Assembly: GCF_902713615.1 (NCBI RefSeq)
Contig: NC_052159.1
Location: 85,598,520 to 85,662,519, forward strand
Reading direction: 5' to 3'
Length of the DNA: 64,000 nt
Source: Scyliorhinus canicula
Lineage: Eukaryota
Below the pieces are notes generated by a model, which had not been told where the DNA came from, made no database searches, and was given only the letters and a program-made list of their open reading frames with translations. The translations under genes were made by a program, and so were the position numbers. Numbering within the stretch: position 1 is the first letter of the stretch; each line of letters starts with the position of its first letter. This document shows positions 1 through 13,320 of the stretch, in pieces.

Positions 1-1231
1 GGTGTATGTGATTGATGGGGCTGCCTAGCATTCGTGAATGATTTCTTCTGCTATCTACATTATCTGAAACATTTTATGACCTAATTGATGGGTAAATGCC
101 TAGCATGTTGGTACTGTGCCAAATATATCAGGAAGTTCATGGTCTGCTTTACAGTTTTGCAGCTCAGCTGGGTTCGCAGTGGGGCTGCTATAATTGGCTT
201 CAAGGACCTTTGAGCTAGAAAAAGGAATAATAGGTGTGGGTACTTGCTGATTACTGCCCAGTGAATATGTTTGCAAGTTTGATGTTCATGAATTCCTTGA
301 GTATTGCGTCATGCCCTGTATAGACAAATTATATTATTGACCTTAAATCAATATTTTAAAAATTAGACACAAACACGCTGTAAAGATGCTTCTGCAAACT
401 ATGAACTTTTGCCATTTACATTGTAGGCAGTATTAAGTCTGGATAATGCCTAATTAAATATGGACATGGGTGAGTGTCCCTCACAGCTATTTGTCAAATT
501 CGCACATCTCATTGTTTAACACCTAAAGACAATGGTGTTTCCAGATTGCCTGTCTCCGTGTTTCATACTGAACAAAAGAGAAATTGAATCTCAGTGGCCA
601 CTTTAAATTATCAAACCCATTCAAGAAACCACAGGCCTATCTTTGGTAGACTGGGACCTGCAATCAGAGACTGAATTAATTAGTCTGTGGAAGTGCACTA
701 TTTTTATCTGCATACAATCTTCATGTCGTATGGGTGTGGTTGGGGAGAACTGGTCTTTACCTAGTGGAGATACTGCTGGAAATTCAATTGCCCCAGCTCA
801 GAAGCAAGTTCTGATTTCTTGAAGTTATCCTGACCGTTGTCCAAGTTTGAAGACGAGGATGTGGAAATCTTTTTCACAGCTATTGAGAATCTGGCAAATC
901 AGTTAAAAGCAGAGTCAGCAGAGTCCTCTATTCTCCTAATGCAGGGTTAGCTAGTTGTAAAATCCTGTGATGCCTACTCTGCTGCCTGCAAACAGATCTG
1001 CAAGTTATAAACAGACAAACGTTACTATCCTAAGTGTCTATGAACTTGTGTTGGAGGTGTACACCAGAAATTGTGGAACCCTCGTAAAAAAACACTCCAC
1101 ACTATCTTCAAAATCAAGAGAATTGAACAATTAGTATTTGACTGGTGGGTGTGATCCCAAAAATTGAATATATTATGATGGAATAAAATAAATAATTTTG
1201 TTGGAGGAATTTGAAAACTACCTCCCACCTA

Positions 1232-1460
1232 GGGGGGCATGTGGCGCAGTGGTTAGCACTGGGACTGCGGCACTGAGGACCTTGGTTCGAATCCCGGCCT
1301 TGGGTCATTGCCTGTGTGGAGTTTGCCCATTCTCCCCATGTCTGCTTGGGTTTCACCCCCACAACTCAAAGATGTGCAGGTTAGGTGGATTGGCCACACC
1401 AAATTGCCCCTTAATTAGAAAAAATATATAATTGCGTAGTCTAAATTTATTTAAAAAAAG
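1232..1460 (+). mobile_element. V-SINE, short A-rich tail subfamily, inserted in Gypsy gag
   Basis: A box tggcgcagtgg, B box ggttcgaatcc, V-domain. TSD actacctcccacct / actatctcccacct. Confidence 0.9.
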
Positions 1461-2589
1461 ACTATCTCCCACCTGGCCTCAAAACTGATGTGAAGGAACA
1501 GAGGGTTTTAACTGATATCCTCGTTGATGATTGTCCTTGCCCCTAGACCTGGTAACTCAGGCGGACTTTTCCCTGCAGAAATTTGGGAAAGAGTTGGAAT
1601 ACTACAGAAGGTGGGGTACCTAGTTTCAATCTTATAAGAATCCACATGATTAGTCACATGGAGGATGTCACTGTAAATTGTGCAGCAGATCAGGCAATGG
1701 CCTTAGTTGCAGAAATCAGCCTCTATGCACAGCAGAACCTGACAAATGCCCGTGAGTTTTACCCTTTATCCCTCTGAGGAAAAAGGCAAGTCCATTGTTT
1801 TTATTGCATCTCTCAGGGATATAGATGTCACTCAATCCTTGATGCTGGGGGAAGATCTGACCCGTCTTCAGAAACCTCCATGAAGATTAAGGGTGCAATC
1901 AAGGGAGTGGAAGTGGATACATGTTCCTTCCCCTCCATCAGGCCCACCTACAAAGTGACCTCGTTTTGGGTCCAGTCACTGTCAAGGTTGTCCCTGCGCT
2001 GCCGGTGGCAAGGGTTAGTTTTTTGCCTGGGAATGATTTGGCTGGCAGTAAGATGGTAGCGTCTCCTGTAACCCTGGACCAGCCAAGTGAGGAAAGGGAA
2101 ATCAAGCCAGAGGAAGTTCCAGGGGCACTTTCTGATTGTGTAGTGACCTGGTCCCAAACTTGATACAAAAATCTAAATGAGAAGGATCCCGCACCCTAGC
2201 TGGATGAGCCAAGTTTTGGATAGCTCCGATCTTCTCTGGAAACCTGTCAGAAGGAGAGAGGGTGCATAGCTGAGCCTCTTTAATTAAGGCACAGTTCACA
2301 GACTCTGATTTAAAGTGCACAACACCGACTGCCTACCCTAAGGTAAAGGTTGCCCTTGGCCCCGAGTGCTATCACCTACCAGTTAGGATAGTAATGCTGA
2401 AATGGACACCTCCAGGGAGACCTGCAGATGAGGAGTGGACTGATTGCAATGCTCCCTGAATATTCTATGAGTATTCCAAGGAAATCTTATGAATTACCTA
2501 CTCAATTCCACTGGCTGGACATATTGGTACCCACTAAGCTTTCGCTCATTAGAAGGTTCTTTTTCTGGCCTCGCCTCCAGTTTGATGTA

Positions 2590-2780
2590 ATAATAATATT
2601 AATAAGAGTCTTTATTGTCATAAATAGGCTTACATTAACATTGCAATGCATTAACTGTGAAAATCCCCCAGTCGCCACATTCGCCTGTGAAAAGCCCCTA
2701 GTCGCCTGTTTGGATACACCGAGGGAGAATTCAGAATGTCCAATTCACTTAACAAGCACGTCTTTCAGGACTTGTGGGAA
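2590..2780 (-). mobile_element. V-SINE fragment, 'gtaagcctacttgtgac' tail subfamily
   Basis: Matches the 3' part of copies at 14027, 19255, 34408 and 56925. Confidence 0.8.
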
Positions 2781-3411
2781 GATCCTGCCCAGATGGTCTA
2801 TATCAATGCCAGGTCATGCCCATCAGCCATAAAGGTTCCCCAGCAACATTACAGAGTTTGAGAAACCAGATAGCAGCTGGGTTAACCAACTGTGCGCTAT
2901 ACATGGATGACCTGTTAATCTACAGTGATTCTTGGAAGAACCATTTAGACCACCTGGAGGCAGGCATTTCTGAGGGCTAACCTTGTAGTGAACTTAGCTA
3001 AGAGCAGGTTTGCTAAAGCAAAGGTAAATTCAAAGAATCATAGAATTCATACAGTGCTGGAAGAGGCCATTCGGCACTGCCCCTCTGAAAGAGCACCCTA
3101 CCTGGGGTCAGGTCCCACCTATCCCATTCTCAAAACAAAGAGAGAGATGCTGCAATTTCTGGTAATGTGAAAGTTCTACTGAAAGTTTGATCCAAATTTT
3201 AGCACCCCAGCTGTTCCATTAATTGATTTACAAAGAAAAATACCACGGTAGTGTAGTCCGAGGAGTGCAAAAGGTCTTTTGAGAAATTAAAGATCTCCAG
3301 ACAAATGAACCTGTACCAGCAGCCTCAAACAATAGTAAATCTTTTACAATAGCTGTTGATGCAAACGCAGTGGGGTAGGAGCAGTCCTACTCCATTAAGA
3401 AGACTCTGGAA

Positions 3412-3630
3412 GGGCAGTACGGTGGCCTAGTGGTTCGCACAGCTGCCTCACGGCGCTGAGGTCCTAGGTTTGATCCTGGCACTGTCCGTGTGGATTTTGC
3501 ACATTCTCCCCGTGTCTGCGTGGGTTTCGCTCCCACAACCCAAAAAATGTGCAGAGTAGGTGGATTGGCCACGCTAAATTGCCCCTTAATTGGAAACATT
3601 ATTGGGTACTCTAAATTTATTTTAAAAAAA
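3412..3630 (+). mobile_element. V-SINE, short-tail subfamily
   Basis: tRNA head plus V-domain, flanked by an aagaagact repeat. Interrupts the Gypsy RNase H. Confidence 0.9.
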
Positions 3631-3683
3631 GAAGACTGGAATTTTTAGCCCGATTGGTTGTTTCTCAAAAACGCTAAATAAAC

Positions 3684-4580
3684 ATAGAACATAGGAATCA
3701 AGAGCAGAAGGAGGGACATCTGCCCTTCGAGCCTACCTGCCATTCAATCTGATCATGGCTGATCTCTTCCTGGTCTCAAATCCACCTCCCTGCCTGTTCC
3801 CCATATCCCTTTAACCCATTATCAGAAATATATCTATCTCCCTCTTGAAACTATTTAATGATTTGGACTCCACTGCACTATGAGGCAACAAGTTCCACAA
3901 ATTCACTAACCCCTGCGAGAAGTAGTGCATCCTCATCTCAGTTCTAAATCTACCACCTCTGGGGCAGCACGGTGGCGCAGTGGGTTAGCCCTGCTCTGGG
4001 TCACTGTCCGTGTGGAGTTTTCACATTCTCCCCGTGTTTGCGTGTATTTTGCCCCCACAACCCAAAGTTGTGCAAGCTAGGTGGATTGGCCACGCTAAAT
4101 TGCCCCTCAATTGGAAAAAATGAATTAGGTACACTAGATTTTTTTTTAAAATCTACCGCCTCTTAACCTATATCTGTGACCTCTTGTTCCAGATTGAACC
4201 TGGTGAACCTCCTCTGAACTGCCTCCAATGCCACCACATCCTTCCTCAAATAAGGAGATCAAAACCGGACACCATATTCCAGATGTGGTCTCACCAACCC
4301 TATACAATTGCAACAACTTTTATATTCCAGTTCATTTGCAATAAATAAACATTAACATTCCATTTGCCTTTTTAATTACATTATGTACCTGCATTCAGAC
4401 TTTCTGCAATTCATGACTAAAGACATCCAGATCCCTCTGCCCAGACGCATTTTGAATCTGCATTCCATTTAGATAATTTGCCTGACTACTTTTTTTTGGC
4501 TAAAATGGATAACCTCACACTTATCCACATTAAACTCCATTTGCCAAACTTTGGCCAATCTCCTAGCCTGTCTATATCTG
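3684..4580 (-). mobile_element. CR1-clade LINE 3' fragment with nested V-SINE (3961-4150, +)
   Basis: Reverse of a CR1 3' UTR (catagaacatagga...) and RT C-terminus. The nested SINE has TSD tctaccacctct/tctaccgcctct. Confidence 0.75.
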
Positions 4581-6677
4581 GCAGAAGTACTCTAGAGTCA
4601 TGAAAGAAACATTAGCCCTATCGTTAGCTCTCCAGCTTTATGCTAGCAATAGACACCGAGGGACACTAATATACATGGACCATGACCCTTTAAAGTTCCA
4701 AGAAAAATTAGAAGTTACTAACCAGATTGCTGCAATGGAGCTTACTCCTGCAACCTTTCAATGTAAAAATTACCCCATATTTCTGGAAAGGATGATGTCA
4801 TTGCTGATGTGTAACCCAAATATAAATCGGCAATGTAATACAGAATGTAGGGAAAACCGTAGCAGTACTAGTTTGCTATATTAAGGTCAGAATGTGTGCA
4901 TAATGTATGTGTAAGTTTATTCTTGTTCCTTAGCCATGTTAAAAAAAAGTCTAAATTCAATTTCTTCTCCCCGTGGGGTGGGGTGTTTCATGCCCAGAGC
5001 AGGCATGTAATATTATGAACTTTTAGTCAATACTTTTTAAAATTGGACACAACCAACCTGTGAAAATGGCTTCCGCAAACACTGATTTTAGCATTTAGAT
5101 TAGATAGTCTTTGGCAAACATCTAATTAAATATTGACATTGATGGGAGTACTTCACTGCTGTGTGTGGAATTCAAACCTCATTGTTCAAGACTGGGTAAA
5201 TACCTAAAGACTAAGGAGTTTCCAGAATCTCTGCCTCCAGATTGGACAAAAGGGATGATTGAATCTTAATGGACACTATCAACTTCCAATTGTGTCATAG
5301 TGGCCTTTGCCATTCTAAACTAGACACAGATGTGTCAACCCGGTGGTCATGTAGTCAAATCTAGTTTTGGTACTGCACCTGTATTACCCCATGACCGAGG
5401 AGATCCATCAGTCACCAGCTAGCCTGAGAACCAATTGCAAGTCTTCAAGCTACCAAAGCACTTAACCTGTTCCAGTATCAAAGGTCACTTGAGAACCAAC
5501 CTCTTAGATATTCAGCAGGCAGAAACTTTGCAACTAGCTGTGAACCCTATGCTTTACAAGAATATAATGCCAACTTCAAATCATAGAGCACATTCAGGAT
5601 ATCCATCAGCCTTACTTGTGGAAGACTGACAATCATAAATCAGAGACTAAATTAACTGTAATATGTAAAAGTCAATTGTCTTTACCCGTATTCAGTCTCT
5701 TTTGTGCATGTGACATTGCATTAATTCAGGGTAAGTGCGTGAGAGCAGATATCCTTTGTTTTGAACTCACAAAACCTTGCTGCTGAATTATGTAATTGGA
5801 ATACACACCAAGGGTAAGAAAATGCACACTTATTTTCATACAAAATATATGGGCAGTAAGAGAAAAAATGCATTCTGCCTGTGACAATAGGATTGATGTT
5901 GGCTTATTGTCAGTCCCCTGTATAGGCTTCTATGTGAAGAATACTGTCTTGGGTGAAGTATCAAAAGTCTGTCAGTGCCTTAAATTTTAAGCATGCATGA
6001 ATTACTTTTTACAAGATAGGATGGCTAATAAAACAAAATAGGAGGTGGGAGGTGTGAAATTGCATGTTTCTTTCCTGTAGACCAGATTATTGAAGTGCAA
6101 AATGATTTGAAGGCAAGGTAAGGGGTTAGTCAACTCAATGTTACAAAATTGTAACAGATCAGAAAAACTCAAGTTGGTTCCCCAGTGCAGACAGTTTTTA
6201 ATACCACCTCTCCCAAACCTCCTAACCCAACTCACATTGGCTGCAGCATCCTATTGTTAAATTATTTCAGGAATTTTGCCACATTGTCATATCACCTCTT
6301 ATCTCATTAACTTCAGACTTGAGAATAAAATATTTTTGATGGCTATGTGAGTCTAAGCATTATATAGAGAATCTGAACAGTTTGCATTGACCATGTGCAC
6401 TTAAATAATTACTGGATTTTTGGGCAAAAGAGCCCTTTATTAATTGTTTATGTTAACATGAGCCTACCCAATATATTTTCCATTTTGGCAGTGAATCGCT
6501 TGCTGCTGACATGGAATTTTCTGTTGTCAAGTGAATTGTTGTGTGGCTTATTAAATTGTAAGAAGTTGTTCTGACTGGAGATTGGGTAAAGCAGTTGTAC
6601 ACTTTATAGTCTAAGCGCATAAAGAAAATCTTGCATTTATATAGTGACACAATACACCTCTTGACTTCCAAGCACTT

Positions 6678-6875
6678 TAGAATTTAGAACAGTACAGCAC
6701 AGAACAGGCCCTTCAGCCCTCGATGTTGTGCCGAGCAATGATCACCCTACTCAAACTCACGTATCCACCCTATACCCGTAACCCAACAACTCCCCCTTAA
6801 CCTTACTTTTTAGGACACTACGGGCAATTTAGCATGGCCAATCTACCTAACCCGCACATCTTTGGACTGTGGGAG
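6678..6875 (-). mobile_element. HE1-like V-SINE 3' fragment
   Basis: Near-identical to 49028-49215 (agaacagtacagcacagaacaggcccttc...). Confidence 0.8.
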
Positions 6876-6879
6876 TTAT

Positions 6880-7395
6880 CCACCATCTACACGACGCAAG
6901 TCTGGAATGTGACGGAATCCTCTCCACTTTCCTGGTTGAGTACAGATCTAACAACACTCGAAGCTCAACATTATCCAGAACAAAGTAGCCTGCTTGATTA
7001 GTACCCACTCCAAACATTCACACTCTCCACCACCAACGCACAGTGGCAGCAGAGTGTACCATCTACAAGATGCAGTGCAGCAACTTGCCAAAATTCCTCA
7101 GACAGTCCCGTCCATTCATCTAGAAGGACAACGGCAGCAGGCACATGGGAATACCACCATCTGAAAGTTCCGCTCCAAGCCACTCACCATCCTGACTTGG
7201 GAAATATATCGCCGTTCCTTCACTGTCGCTGGATCGAAATCCTGGAACTCCGTCCATGTCAGCACTGGGCATGTACCTATGCCACATGGACTGCAGTAGT
7301 CGAAGCATCAGCTTCTCGAAGATAAATAGGAATGGGCAATAATTGCTGGCCTAGCAAGCGAAGCCCACATCCCATGAACGAATATTTTTTAAAAA
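6880..7395 (+). mobile_element. 3' fragment of the tRNA-headed LINE family (see 45961-50870)
   Basis: Colinear with 50328-50870 and ends in the same gggcaataa..gctggcc tail. Confidence 0.85.
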
Positions 7396-7449
7396 AAGAT
7401 GACGGCCATTGCACTAGAATCTGAAGTTAAAACAAGAATTAAATACATG

Positions 7450-8028
7450 GGGCTGGATACTCTGCTCCCCGACGGCTAAATTGCGCTTGGCAAGGAGGCG
7501 GAGAATTCGCAATGACATCAAAATTGGGGGCAGCGCCGCTTTCGCGATGCTCCACCCCCTGAAGGAGTACGCCGAGCCACATATCCACTGCCTCAGACCA
7601 TTGCCCGAGACCCGCCCCGCGAAGCTCCGTCCCTGTTCGGCCGAGTTCCCATGGGCATGGGACATGTGTGGTCTCATCCGTCGTGAACTCAGCATAGCGG
7701 CTGTGGACTCAGACCAGTGCATCCACAGTCGGGGGAGGGACGATCAGCGGGCGGGGGAGTGGGCTTCATTCGGGGTTGGGGGCACTGTGGCCTCGTGGTC
7801 CGGGGCGCATGAGCAGCCGAAGGGGCAGGCCGCCACCATGCACGGTCATGGACCCGGCAATGCTCCGGGTCATATCGGCAGCCAGAGCTGGGAGCTCTAT
7901 GCTGTCTCCCTGCTAGAATCAGCAAAACGACGAATCGGTGGCCATTTTGCGCCAGTTTTCCTGGCGTAAAACATCACCATTCTCATGCCGGCGCGAGGAC
8001 TCAGTCTCCCAAATGGTGAATCCAGCCC
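7450..8028. mobile_element. Non-autonomous PIF/Harbinger-type DNA transposon (MITE)
   Basis: GC-rich island with TIRs gggctggatac / gaatccagccc and a 3-bp TSD ATG (7447-49, 8029-31). Confidence 0.8.
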
Positions 8029-8079
8029 ATGATATCGAAATAAAATTTTAAAAATACTTGAATATTCTTTGTAATATCC

Positions 8080-8410
8080 AAACATCTCAAGACATTTCAC
8101 AATTATATTCTGCATGCAGCTGTTTTATAGGCAAATCAAATGATCATTTTGCGTAGGCCACATCCCAGAAAGAGTGATAGGATGATAAGTCATTTTGTCT
8201 GTTTCTGGTGGTAATTTTTAAAGAAGGAAGGAATATTGGCCAGGATTCCAGGAACAAGCCTTGAATAGTGCTGTGGGAGTTTTAACATTCATTGAAAAAG
8301 GTAGACGGGCCTCAGAACTGCAGCATTCCCTGAGTACTGGAATATCCTGGTTTGGAATCAAAGCCACCAACTTCTGATCCTGTGGCAGTGTTCGGCCAGC
8401 TGAGATAACA
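8080..8410 (-). mobile_element. Old DeuSINE (SacSINE1/AmnSINE-like)
   Basis: Reverse Deu-domain motifs aatattggccagga, gaatagtgctgtggga, gtagacgggcctc. Confidence 0.6.
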
Positions 8411-8630
8411 TAAATAATGGAATAGTGGCACTGCTCTCAGTATGATAGTCCATGTTGAGCTATGTTTTCTCTTTTTAGTCATATTCAAATTTTAAATGTT
8501 TTAAGTTTAAAACCCTGTATGAAACACACAGTACATTAATTTGAACTAATTAGCTGCAATGCGCTATGTACAAAATGTGATCCACATGGGTAAGTCAGCA
8601 ATTCAGCATAGCAGTCTGCTGAAAAATATA

Positions 8631-8800
8631 TAAAACCAAAGAGAAAATGCTATTCAAAGCTGATGACTTTGACAAAGGGTCATCGGGACTCGAAACGTTA
8701 GCTCTTTTCTCTCCCTACAGATGCTGCCAGACCTGCTGAGATTTTCCAGCATTTTCTCTTTGGTTTCAGATTCCAGCATCCGCAGTAATTTGCTTTTATG
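8631..8800 (+). mobile_element. Penelope-like LTR-type fragment with hammerhead motif
   Basis: ttgacaaagggtc..gactcgaaacgttagct..acagatgctgccagacctgctgag. Related pieces at ~15430-15520, ~25205-25310, ~51500-51715 and ~53895-53981. Confidence 0.7.
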
Positions 8801-9119
8801 AAAAATATGTAAAATTATGCAAAACAAAAAGAGAGCTTGCAATTGTATTGTTCCTTTTATGACCACAGGAGGTCCCAAAGCACTTTATATCCATGAACTA
8901 TTTTTTCAACGTAGTCCCTGAATTGATGTCAAGTTGTGGAAGTAAATCGGAGTTCAGTCGTACTGATTCCACATGTATGATTTTGATGACGTACAATACT
9001 TCGGAAAGAATGGGTTGCAGTTGAATAATGTTCTGATCAGCCCTCATCTTTGAGGGCATTTAATTCATCAAGCGTATGATAGATTATTTTTACATTCATC
9101 ATTTTGCTGTGTTTTTATT

Positions 9120-10065
9120 CTTTCACAGGATATAGACATTGCTGACTAGGCCAGCATTTATTACCCACCCCTAATTGCCCATGAGAAGTTGATGCCAGCT
9201 ATTTGAACTGCTGCAGTCCACGTGGCGTTGGTACACCCACAGTGCTGTTAGGAAGGGAGTTACAGGATTTTGACCCAGTGCCAGTGAAGGAATGGTGATA
9301 TATTTCCAAGCCACGATGGTGAGTGGCTTGGAGGGGAACATGCAGGTGGTGGTGTTCCCATTTATTAGCTGCCTTTACCCTTCTAGTTGGTAGAGAGTCA
9401 TGGCTTTGGAAGGTGCTGTCAAAGGAGCATTGGATGAGTTGCCTCAGTGAGCTGCTGATATGGTACACATTGCTGCTACTGGCATCAGCGATGAAGGGTG
9501 TCAGTGTTTAAAGTAGTGGATAGTGTGCCAGTCAAATGGACTGCATTGTCCTGAATGCTGGCAAGCTACAAAGTCTTGTTGGAGCTGCACTCATGCAGGC
9601 AAGTGGAAAGGATTCCATCACAGTCCTGACTTGTGCCTTGTGGATGGTGATTGGCGAGTCATGAGATGGGTCAGAATTTGCTGCCTCTGACCTGCTCTTT
9701 AGCCACAATCTGGCTATGCCTGACGCAACGTCTGGTCCAGTTCAGTTTCTGCCCAAGGTACCTCCCAATGTCATGGGGAGATTATTAGATTTTCTTTTGT
9801 CGGGGATGGTCATTACTTGGCACTTGTATGGTGCGTTTGTTACTTGCCGCTTTTCAACCTGAGCCTGAATGTTGTTCAGGTCTTGCTGTAATGGACATGG
9901 GCTGCTTCAGTATTTGAGGATTTGCGAATTATAATGAAATTTGTGAGCAACCCCACTTCTAACCATATGATGGTGGAGAGGTCATTGATGAAGTAGCTGA
10001 AGGTGGTTGGGCAGAAGACGCTACCTGAGGAACTCCTGTAGTGATATCCTGGGACTGAAATGATT
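9120..10065 (-). mobile_element. 3' ~950 bp of the tRNA-headed LINE family, antisense
   Basis: Reverse complement is colinear with ~49850-50860. Confidence 0.85.
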
Positions 10066-10521
10066 GGTATTGGTTATCATACAAGTTAAATTGTATTGAA
10101 TTTATCATATAGTAATTGATTTGTCCTGTAAGGCTTAAAGGAATATTGGATCAGACGATACTTGTCACATTACAGAACACATCCATTTCCCTTTGCACTA
10201 CTAGCAGCATCCTACTCTTTGCCTACTCTTTGAAGTCATTCTCCTCACTGCACACTACCAATTGAAATTCTTGTGAGAATGATCATTCTGGTCTACAGTG
10301 TGCAACAGCCAGCATCATCTCAAGTAGCAACAGGCCCAGCAGATGGCAAAGAAAGGGTAAGAAGTTGGAAGTGTCCCTTTGGGGGAAGAAGATGGAATCT
10401 GTAAATTGTGGAGAAGAGCAATATTAGCATGAATTAGGGGTGTGAAGAGAGGGAATACAATGCAGTCTGAGCCTGGCAAGATGGCCCCTGCAGTAGGGTG
10501 AAGCGAATTACAAGGTACAAT

Positions 10522-11083
10522 TGTGATGGGAGAGTTGTTTTTGGACCCCCAAAATGTATCATAGAGTTCAACCAACCCCCACCTTTAATGGATTGTTGCT
10601 TTTGAAGCACACGGCTTGTTCCCCAGGTGTAGTATTATAATTATGGACATGTGGTTTTTAAAACAAAACGATGTTTATTCCATGAATTTAAATTAACCTT
10701 TATAATAAAAATTGGATCTCTTAACACCCCTTACTTCAAAGATAACTCCGAAAATAATACAACACTACCCAATCCTGCAAACTGTTCCTTTACACATCCA
10801 AAAGACTTAACAAATCCTTCAAACAGAAGCACATTAGATTTGTATTCAATACTGAGACCTTTTTACAATTCCGATTTCACCAAAGGATTAAGAGATAGTC
10901 CTTCATGGCAGAGATCACCAGCAATGCAGCTCACAGCCACACCCAAGCTTTCTTCAAATTCTTCCCTAAAAGCAGAAGTGAGCTCAGCTCCCCCCCGTGA
11001 CATCACTTCAATAATATGATCAGCTCATTTCTTAAAGGTACATTTCTTAAACATCCAATTCTTAAAGGCACTCTCACATGCCG
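10522..11083 (-). mobile_element. Solo LTR of the Gmr1-like family found at 40033
   Basis: Aligns along its length with 40033-40632. 4-bp TSD CAAT (10518-21, 11084-87). Confidence 0.85.
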
Positions 11084-11519
11084 CAATGGTTACTCTAACT
11101 TGGGAGTGATTGTTAGATATGGGAGGTGATGGTCGAACTGATTTGTTAATTTTAAATCTGAAATTGATAGATTTTTGTTAACCGAAGGTTTTCAGGGATA
11201 TGGGTAAAAATGGAGTTCATTCACTGGTAAGCCATGATCTCACTGAAAGGCAAAACAGGTTTGAGGGGCAAAATGATCAACTCCTGTTTAACATTAGCAT
11301 CAATGTATTGCTTTAATGTGAATTTCTCCAAGGGAGTATACTGTCTTGTAGAGATACAGTAAAAATTGCATGCCTTTGATATTAGTGTTCCCCTTTGGGA
11401 TTTCATGTATGTGAATTATTTTCATTTTCTGCTTTGATTGTGGTGGTCACTCTCCTTGCGCAAGTAAAACTTAATAAACTTGACTGCGTTGTTACCCATT
11501 ACATTTTCAATCTAAGTCT

Positions 11520-11848
11520 TACTCGGAGGTCGAAGCTTTCGACACCTGGCACTGGCAGCCTGCCACCCTGGCACTAGCACCGTCGCAGTGCCAAACTGAT
11601 ATCCTGGCAATACCACCTCCATTTAAAAATGACGTTCTAATCTCTCTGCACTGGAGATTTTCGGCAAATGGGACCCCCTCAGTGCAGAAAACGGGACGAA
11701 ATGGGGCCACGGCCAGGCATTCCCTGCTGAGGCCCCGTTTCCAATGGTGTTACATAGCGTTGTGTTTCTCGGCACTGCGAACCCCGGGAAACACGCGGCT
11801 AAACGCGCTCTCTATGGGACATAGTTCCAATTTGGTACAATCACATCC
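11520..11848. mobile_element. Harbinger-type MITE fragment
   Basis: tggcactggcagcctgccaccctggca motifs and a caatcacatcc end shared with 51750-53049. Confidence 0.5.
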
Positions 11849-12623
11849 ATCAAATTGTGGAATTGTTTTGAAGTTTTTGGAAGCTTTTGCTAGTTCTGAA
11901 TTTGCATATGTGTTGATAGCAGAGCCAGAAGGTGTCTCATTCTTTTGATGCTAAGGCCTGAAGAATTGCTGAATTTGTGATATTTAGCCCTCTGACTAGT
12001 ACTTTTTTCTCCGCAGTGATTTATTTAACCTAAAAATTATTAGTTAGAGCTAAGAATGCTTGCTTAAGCAGTGTATTGCACAGGGGAGTTCTGTGGAAAA
12101 AGTAGTGGGGTTAAAAGGGAACTTTGTGGATTAAAGAATTCACCTGGAAACCGAGCTATAATGTGAGGTACCCCACTATAGGAATGCTTTGTTTATTAGG
12201 GTGTGAGGATCTTTCTTTAATGGCTGGACTGCATAAAGTGCTCCCTAATGTGTGCCTCCAGTACATTTTTTACATGGCTCAAGAGATGAGAGTTTTGGGA
12301 CGAAGCAAAAACTTACAGGAAGACATTCTGTAAACTTACAGGAAACAGGCCAGAATGTAATTGTGCACAAACTGCTGGGTTATTTAGTGCTTCCTGCCTG
12401 TCGACAAAAGACAAAGAACTTCACTTAATTATCAGAGTGGAATTTTTTCAAAACTGCTTCCATTCATACACTGAATCCATTTTTCTTGGTCTGTCAGGAA
12501 CCCACTGGTATAATCATGGCATCATTAGCTCAAGTCTATTGACAAATATTTTCTACAGATGACTCAAATAACTGGCTGATGAATACATAGGGGTTCTTTC
12601 ACTTTGTTCTCAGATTCAAAAAA

Positions 12624-13195
12624 TAAAGATTTGCATTTATGCAGCACCTTTCATGATGACAGGATAACTCTTAAGTGTTTTTTATACCCAATGAAATACT
12701 TTTTTTCGATAAATTTAGAGTACCCAATTAGTTTTTTCCAATTAAGGGGTAAATTAGCATGGCCAATCCACCTACCCTGCACAGGGGAGAAGGTGCAAAC
12801 TTCACACGGACAGTGACACAGAGCCGGGTTTGAACCTGGGACCATGGTACCGTGAGGCGGCAGTGCTAACCACTCTGCCACTGTGCTGCCCATTGAATTA
12901 CTTTTTCAAGTATATAACTGTTGTAGGAAAAGAAACAAAGTAATTCATACATTTTAAGCTCCCACTTGTGGCATTGTGATATTGGCCAGATAACCTTCCA
13001 TGCTCCTCCTCAGAATAGTTTCGTGGGATTTTTTTACATCGAGTGGAGAGGGCAGCTGACGGCACCTTTGGCAGAGCAGCACTCCATCAGCACTGCACTG
13101 GAGGGTCTGCCTGGATCATGCCACTCAGGTTCTCAAGTGAGATTTGAACACAACTCTCCGAGGCAGAGCTCTAACAATTGAACCACAGCTGATAC
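12624..13195 (-). mobile_element. DeuSINE with nested V-SINE (12710-12891, -)
   Basis: Reverse 3' end aaagatttgcattta..., Deu domain, and head ending aaccacagctgatac. Confidence 0.7.
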
Positions 13196-13320
13196 TAAAG
13201 TATCTCAGTAGAAAATAGAATCCCAGTCGTCACTGCATTACCTAGGAGAGGCCAAACAATTACTTGCATCCCAATTTATAAATGAGGTGGAGATGCCAGC
13301 ACTGGACTGGGGTGGGCACA

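Larger units (their letters stand above)
305..5715 (+). mobile_element. Decayed Gmr1-like Gypsy LTR retrotransposon (gag-PR-IN-RT-RH) with nested SINE/LINE insertions
   Basis: Diverged direct repeats ~305-740 and ~4984-5715, with purine tract ggggtgggg before the second. gag motifs PKFEDEDVEIFF (~840) and IILLEEFENYLP (~1192). Protease region PLHQAHLQSDLV..GNDLAG (1921-2163). Integrase Zn-region remnant ~2450-2590. RT YMDDLLIYSDSW (2774-2980). RNase H AVDANAVGVGAVLL (~3350) and KETLALSLALQ..YMDHDPL (4600-4700). Confidence 0.8.

Noticed and set aside
1236-1300. tRNA-like A/B boxes, here and in many other copies
   Set aside because: They are SINE heads followed by the V-domain, and no full cloverleaf tRNA gene is supported.
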